Origin: a virus | Direction: 5' to 3' (one strand) | DNA length: 20,561 nucleotides | IMG/VR virus record: IMGVR_UViG_3300010351_001271 | Shown: one piece after another, positions 15,977 through 20,561 of the stretch | Numbering within the stretch: the stretch's first letter is position 1 | Layout of the letters: every line of letters starts with the position of its first letter | Notes under the pieces: generated by a model | What the model saw: the letters and a program-made list of their open reading frames with translations, nothing else | Databases searched by the model: none | What the model was told of the DNA's origin: nothing | Position numbers and translations under genes: made by a program

Positions 15977-17014
15977 TTATTTAAGAACTACAAAATCAGG
16001 GGAAGGATTAAAAATAATTGAATCTGGAGAAATAGTCCTTCCTATTACCTGAACACAATCTGGAGCTGAAGAAGGCATTGTAGTTGTTACTTCCCCACTT
16101 AACCCAACATAAACTGGTTGTCCTATAGCAAAGTTCCAAGAAGTATTTCTAACCACCCCATAAATTAATAAATTATAATTTGTTCCAGCAGATAAAGAAC
16201 CCCCTGTTGTATTAATTGCTACAGCAGGCATCATATTTGATGCATCGGCATCTGCTAAAGCAATTCTTCCGCCAGTATCGATATATCCGCAATAATAAGA
16301 TGATATAGTATTGGCGGCTTTGAAATTAACGAATAATCCTTCTGCCCCGTTTCCAGACCCAAATCCTGTAGATGGTTCGGGCATTGTACGGTATCTGATA
16401 GAGGAATCATAATATGTAGAAGTATTTACATAAGATTCTATAGAAAGAGTAGAAATATCTACATCCCCTCCGGTAGGAGCATCTGCATAAGATAATTTTT
16501 TTGTGGTTGTATCAAAATATACAGTATAATTAGTAGAAGCATTAGGCATTCCGGGGTTAATAATATCGCCTGATATTGTAAGATCTGAAGAGATAGAAAC
16601 ATCCGAAAGTATATTCACACGACCCGTAAAAGGTTCTAATATGATATTAGTAGCTGCATTTAGATGTATATTATTTCCAACAATATCAACTGCATCAGAA
16701 ACATATTTTATTTGGCCTGTTGTTCCGGACAAATAAATTGTTTTTCCTCCGACCATATAAATATTTGATCCTATGCTAACGTCTCCATTGACCGAAAAAA
16801 GACTCAAATCGTATGTTAAATTTGGTTCAGCAGCAATGGAGCCATCACCTAATGCAGTTATTAATTGATTATTAGATCCTACATTTCCAGACCCCCAGGC
16901 TACATTACCAGTTCCTCCTCCACCGCCACCAACGAATAATTCTTGCCATTGGTATATAGATCCATCGATATTAATGGAGCCATCGACCTGTATTCTATTT
17001 GTTTTAAAAGCCAT
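15977..17014 (-). CDS. Tail-fibre/decoration-like protein with a C-terminal DUF2190/capsid-cement-like domain
   Basis: Poly-Gly hinge and beta-repeat segments (NGDVSIGSNIY, SDVSISSDLTISGDI). C-terminal G.IALADA...PAVAI...GVV...WNFAIGQPVYV...GEVTTTMP...VQVIG. Confidence 0.55.
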   Translation of the reverse strand: MAFKTNRIQVDGSINIDGSIYQWQELFVGGGGGGTGNVAWGSGNVGSNNQLITALGDGSIAAEPNLTYDLSLFSVNGDVSIGSNIYMVGGKTIYLSGTTGQIKYVSDAVDIVGNNIHLNAATNIILEPFTGRVNILSDVSISSDLTISGDIINPGMPNASTNYTVYFDTTTKKLSYADAPTGGDVDISTLSIESYVNTSTYYDSSIRYRTMPEPSTGFGSGNGAEGLFVNFKAANTISSYYCGYIDTGGRIALADADASNMMPAVAINTTGGSLSAGTNYNLLIYGVVRNTSWNFAIGQPVYVGLSGEVTTTMPSSAPDCVQVIGRTISPDSIIFNPSPDFVVLK

Positions 17015-17022
17015 TATGATAC

Positions 17023-17037
17023 TTTATTTTATATATT
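17023..17037 (-). promoter_or_regulatory. Late-promoter-like motif (A/G)ATATATAAAATA(AA); also at 18943-18955 and 19691-19705
   Basis: Near-identical elements upstream of three fibre-cassette genes, one A longer than the 4689/9644 motif. An extra TATAAATA lies at 18937-18944. Confidence 0.55.
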
Positions 17038-17076
17038 TAATAGATATTGTTTTTTAGTCAAAATTTATTTTTATAG

Positions 17077-18360
17077 TTAACTATCTTTTATACAGCGAAT
17101 TGACAGACCATAATTATAATAATAAGTATTTACAGTAACGCCTAATCCAGTATTAGATACATACCATCTATATGCAGATCCTGGCTCGCCTTCAGTCGCC
17201 ATCCAATATAGTGTATAAGTTCTAAAGAGGTTATATGATCCAGTATACCATCCTGCACCAACAGCAGTAAATCCACTTTCATTACTTGCATTATTAGTTG
17301 CGTTCCAGTGGTCCGTTCCCGTCTCCTTCAATTTTCCTCCAGCTACAGAAGTTCCACCTAAATAAGTAAATAATGTATTCATTTCTGCCAATGTCGGAAC
17401 ATGATATCCCGAAGGCGCTATTCCTCTAGCATCATCAATAACATACCAGTTATATAAAGCTCCATAAGGATTCTTATTATTAATATCATTATTCGGCCAC
17501 ACATATCCTCCACTTGCGTCAAACATTTGATATTTAATTTCGTCTCCGTTATTATAATGTGTTGTTCTTAAATTCTCAAGTAGCCAAGTTTGTGTGCCTA
17601 TAACCACTTCGGTATAAACATTTCCATCATAATCGGTAATTGCGGGAGGAGGCTCAGGCGTTATTTTTAATTTATTTGCATTACTATTTGCATTACCAAA
17701 TAGATGCAATTTATTATTTGAATTTGAAGAAGGAGTAGAATCAAGAATACATCTTACTCCCAATCCATGCTTATAATCATATCCTGTAGGAAATATTATT
17801 CCATCTCCGTTATTATATACATATACGGCTATATCTAATGCTGTCCACCAAAAACCAATATCTTTATTATAACGAAATACTCCTAAATTACTTCTTTCTC
17901 CACTACCCAATGCTGTAAATCCATATTCATTGGTCGCATTGTTTGGTGAATTCCAATGAACAGTTCCTGTTTCTTTGAGCTTTAGGCCAGCAGACGGTTC
18001 ACCTCCGATATAGCTTACTAAAGTTGCCCAATCGCTATATGACGGAACTTTCCAACCAACAGGAGCTAACTTTCCGGATAAAACTGCTCTATGATTATAT
18101 AAAGCTCCATATACTTCATATGTATTTTTATCATTATTGTACCAGCAATATGCTCCTACATTATCTGCTTCGCTAGAAATCCATGATGCATCGGTAGTGA
18201 AATTTAAAATTGGAGTGCCATCATTATATTTGGTAGTTTTTAAATTTTCTACCATCCAAGTTTGTGTTCCAATAGTTACAGTTGTGTAGATATTCCCATC
18301 TTCATCTGTGAGAGAACCTATTGAACTTTTAGATGTTAATATTAATTTACTAATACCCAT
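17077..18360 (-). CDS. Protein with two tandem FISUMP (Fib_succ_major) domains
   Basis: Both domains (about 17740-18309 and 17080-17637) show DxDGNxYxxVxIGTQTWxxENL, YGALYN, APxGWxVP, AGxKLKETGTxHW, ATNxxGFTA and GLxVRCIxD. Confidence 0.92.
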   Translation of the reverse strand: MGISKLILTSKSSIGSLTDEDGNIYTTVTIGTQTWMVENLKTTKYNDGTPILNFTTDASWISSEADNVGAYCWYNNDKNTYEVYGALYNHRAVLSGKLAPVGWKVPSYSDWATLVSYIGGEPSAGLKLKETGTVHWNSPNNATNEYGFTALGSGERSNLGVFRYNKDIGFWWTALDIAVYVYNNGDGIIFPTGYDYKHGLGVRCILDSTPSSNSNNKLHLFGNANSNANKLKITPEPPPAITDYDGNVYTEVVIGTQTWLLENLRTTHYNNGDEIKYQMFDASGGYVWPNNDINNKNPYGALYNWYVIDDARGIAPSGYHVPTLAEMNTLFTYLGGTSVAGGKLKETGTDHWNATNNASNESGFTAVGAGWYTGSYNLFRTYTLYWMATEGEPGSAYRWYVSNTGLGVTVNTYYYNYGLSIRCIKDS

Positions 18361-18364
18361 AATC

Positions 18365-18886
18365 TTAATTAAATTGCCCCTTATTTACCCATATTCCAGA
18401 AACTCTCTTTTCAACTTCTAATCCAGAAGCATCAACTCTTAATCTCCAGGATCCATCAGTCGTTGGATCTCCTAACGCAAAATATGTAGTTTCAACTACT
18501 ACGGCGGTTTCTCTTAAAGTATTTCCAGAAGGATCTCCGTATATTTTAAGAGCGGTAGATCCATCAATTTTCATTGCATAGCTTTGTTCTCCAGAGGGAG
18601 AAGAAATCGGCATATCTACTAATAATAATTCACCGCCATCTTGTTCCATCTCGATATATGAAAGTTGAACATTATCGGAAGGATCTTTTAAATATACCGT
18701 TGTTGTATCTGTACTAACATCCCAAAGAGAATTAGCACTATGAAAATCATAAATGGCTTTTCCAGTTACAAGAATAGAAGAAGCATCTTGGGTAATCGAA
18801 ATAGAGGTATCTTGAATTGAAATTACTGGTTGAGTAGGCGAAGGGCCCAGTAATAGCCCTGTTTTAATTTTGAATTCTCCAGCCAT
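18365..18886 (-). CDS. Small virion/tail-fibre-associated protein
   Basis: Beta-rich. The C-terminal GDPTTDGSWRLRV...LEVEKRVSGIWVNK motif is of a type I associate with phage fibre-region proteins. Confidence 0.55.
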   Translation of the reverse strand: MAGEFKIKTGLLLGPSPTQPVISIQDTSISITQDASSILVTGKAIYDFHSANSLWDVSTDTTTVYLKDPSDNVQLSYIEMEQDGGELLLVDMPISSPSGEQSYAMKIDGSTALKIYGDPSGNTLRETAVVVETTYFALGDPTTDGSWRLRVDASGLEVEKRVSGIWVNKGQFN

Positions 18887-18966
18887 TTTATTATTATTTT
18901 TCTTTCACTATCCAGAAAAAACTAATAGCAAATATATATTTATATTTTATATATCAAAGGAATTAT

Positions 18967-19680
18967 TTAGCTAGGAACAAATCCCGGAACAGTTCTAGTT
19001 CCCATTGAATCTATTGAAACAGCGTCTAAGCTACCTTCATAATCTAGCCAATCTTCTAATGTATTTCCATATCCTTTCCAAAAATTAAGGATATTTCCTG
19101 TAGATACTTCTGTTATTTTTATATCCCAAAGAGTTCCTCCGCCCATTTTATTATTGAAAGTTATTCCAAGATTATTTATTGAAGTAATACCGCTTCCTAT
19201 AGAAAAACTCCCTAATAATCCAGCAAGACCTATAGCTAAATGAGTAGTCTGTTGTAAACTAACATCGTTTACCATAAAATAATAGGGCAAATATTGTTGG
19301 CTACCACCCGCATAAGGATTTTTTCGTATTTCGCAATTTAATATAGCTTGACTCATAGAAGGAGATATAGGATAAGAAGCACATGAAAAACCAGTTGCAG
19401 AACTGGTAGCTACATAAATGGAAGAATCTTTCATAGACATAAAAAAATAATCTGTATTCGACCCCTTAAGACCCAGCACTTGATTATCAAAACCAGAATC
19501 TGAATCCAAATACATTTTAAAATTCAATTTCATATCTCCGAGTATTGAAGACTGAGCTGATTCGGAAAGGGTAACATCAGTATTATCAAAATTCGCCAAA
19601 TAAATTTGGTCAACTCCTATTCCAGTGACATATTTATTATTAGAAATAACTCTTTTTCCGTTATAGGTTAGGTATGACAT
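18967..19680 (-). CDS. Hypothetical beta-sandwich (possibly lectin/LamG-like) virion protein
   Basis: Short N-terminal peptide YLTYNGKRVISNNKYV followed by a beta-rich body ending GTLWDIKI...NFWKG. Has its own promoter-like motif. Confidence 0.5.
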   Translation of the reverse strand: MSYLTYNGKRVISNNKYVTGIGVDQIYLANFDNTDVTLSESAQSSILGDMKLNFKMYLDSDSGFDNQVLGLKGSNTDYFFMSMKDSSIYVATSSATGFSCASYPISPSMSQAILNCEIRKNPYAGGSQQYLPYYFMVNDVSLQQTTHLAIGLAGLLGSFSIGSGITSINNLGITFNNKMGGGTLWDIKITEVSTGNILNFWKGYGNTLEDWLDYEGSLDAVSIDSMGTRTVPGFVPS

Positions 19681-19709
19681 AATATAAGATTTTATTTTAT
19701 ATATCTCAT

Positions 19710-19743
19710 AAAAAAGGACTGGTTTGAGCCCAGTCCTTTTTTT
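19710..19743 (-). terminator. Intrinsic terminator after the large fibre gene
   Basis: AAAAAAGGACTGG-GCTCAAA-CCAGTCCTTTTTT perfect inverted repeat, immediately followed by the promoter-like motif at 19691-19705. Confidence 0.88.
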
Positions 19744-19761
19744 ATAATTAGAGATTTTTTA

Positions 19762-20559
19762 TTATCCCATGATGATGTACTTGCAAGATGCACTTAGTGA
19801 ACCTCCAGTCCATTCAAGAGTAATATCTCCGTTAGCTGCGCAATCAACATCTACCCAAACCTGGTCTGTTCCATCATAAACAGTTACCTGTAGAGGTCCA
19901 ATCCCTAGTTTGTGAGTTGCTGCAGGAATAGATAGCGAGGTACTTGACGTTCCATTAAAGGTTCCTTTGTATTTAAGAACCCCAGATGTAAGGTCAGCAG
20001 AGATTGTGATAGTGCTTGAATCACTAATCATTGATACGCCAGTACCAGCAATCAGTCTCTTAATATAAGCAATATTATCTGCCTCATTTGAATAAACTTC
20101 GTGACCTGTAATTCCTGTAGTTGAAGCTACTGCATCAAGTTTACCAGTTGAAAGATCTGATATGCTTAGAGTATGATTCTGAGTTAGCGAATCAAGACCT
20201 GCAATTGAAGTATCAACTGAACCAAGTTTAGTCCAGATAGCTGCAACAGATGAATCAAATAGAGTTTTAGCAACATATTCGGTTGAAGTAAACGCGTTAG
20301 ATCCTAATTCTCTCGATCCAACTGTTGTTCCATTCCATACAAGAGCTGTAGCTTCTGCCGCCATATCTGTTGCAATTGGAAGTCCAAGACCAACTCCTGG
20401 AGTGAATGTAAATCCAGCAGAGGTTTCAATTAAGAATTCTGTGCCATTCCAGTAGCCAATACCCCAACTTACTGGAGCATCTTCTCTTGTTGCAACTGCC
20501 TGAGTTTCTGAATCATCAAATACTCCCGAAGCATCAGGTCCTGATACCACGCCAATTCT
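19762..20559 (-). CDS. C-terminal part of a tail-fibre-like protein, 5'-truncated by the window edge
   Basis: The frame is open to the edge (R-I-G before the called GTG), so the listed start at 20550 is probably internal. Contains TQAVATREDAP...YWN, LIAGTGVSM and a C-terminal THKLG...VTVYD...DITLEW beta domain typical of fibre ends. Confidence 0.65.
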   Translation of the reverse strand, partial: RIGVVSGPDASGVFDDSETQAVATREDAPVSWGIGYWNGTEFLIETSAGFTFTPGVGLGLPIATDMAAEATALVWNGTTVGSRELGSNAFTSTEYVAKTLFDSSVAAIWTKLGSVDTSIAGLDSLTQNHTLSISDLSTGKLDAVASTTGITGHEVYSNEADNIAYIKRLIAGTGVSMISDSSTITISADLTSGVLKYKGTFNGTSSTSLSIPAATHKLGIGPLQVTVYDGTDQVWVDVDCAANGDITLEWTGGSLSASCKYIIMG

Positions 20560-20561
20560 AA

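Noticed and set aside
18929-18936. Bacteroidota sigma-70 -7 element TAnnTTTG (TATATTTG, minus strand)
   Set aside because: Single hit noticed in very AT-rich DNA with no convincing TTTG -33 partner, so it could be chance.
17015-19761. Diversity-generating retroelement acting on the FISUMP tips
   Set aside because: No reverse transcriptase and no template-repeat copy of either tip in this window, and the intergenic gaps are too short. Kept only as a remote possibility.
1-20561. Alternative genetic code (stop-codon reassignment, as in some large gut phages)
   Set aside because: Conserved genes (terL, sheath, thyX) are full length under the standard code and coding density is high.

Overview
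AT-rich window from a large contractile-tailed dsDNA phage (T4-like morphogenesis module). All credible genes are on the minus strand. In transcription order (right to left): a cassette of tail-fibre/adhesin-like genes (tandem FISUMP domains, two BACON-like proteins, a DUF2190-like C-terminal domain), two Cys-cluster proteins, a gp14-like neck protein with a C-terminal extension, terminase small and large subunits, tail sheath, tail tube, a 52-aa EF-hand-like peptide, a gp26/gp51-like tail/hub chaperone pair, a repeat-containing tape-measure-like protein, thyX, a small membrane protein and a GT-A glycosyltransferase that runs off the left edge and is absent from the ORF track. A-rich leaders without Shine-Dalgarno motifs, plus BACON and FISUMP domains, point to a Bacteroidota/FCB host. 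Main leads: (1) a D-x-S tripeptide strongly enriched in virion-surface proteins but nearly absent from terminase and ThyX, in a window that also encodes a glycosyltransferase, suggesting a possible virion glycosylation sequon; (2) a probable programmed +1/-2 frameshift joining the two chaperone ORFs; (3) a perfect 268-bp tandem duplication in the tape-measure gene. All family assignments come from motif recognition and hand counts; no database search was run.
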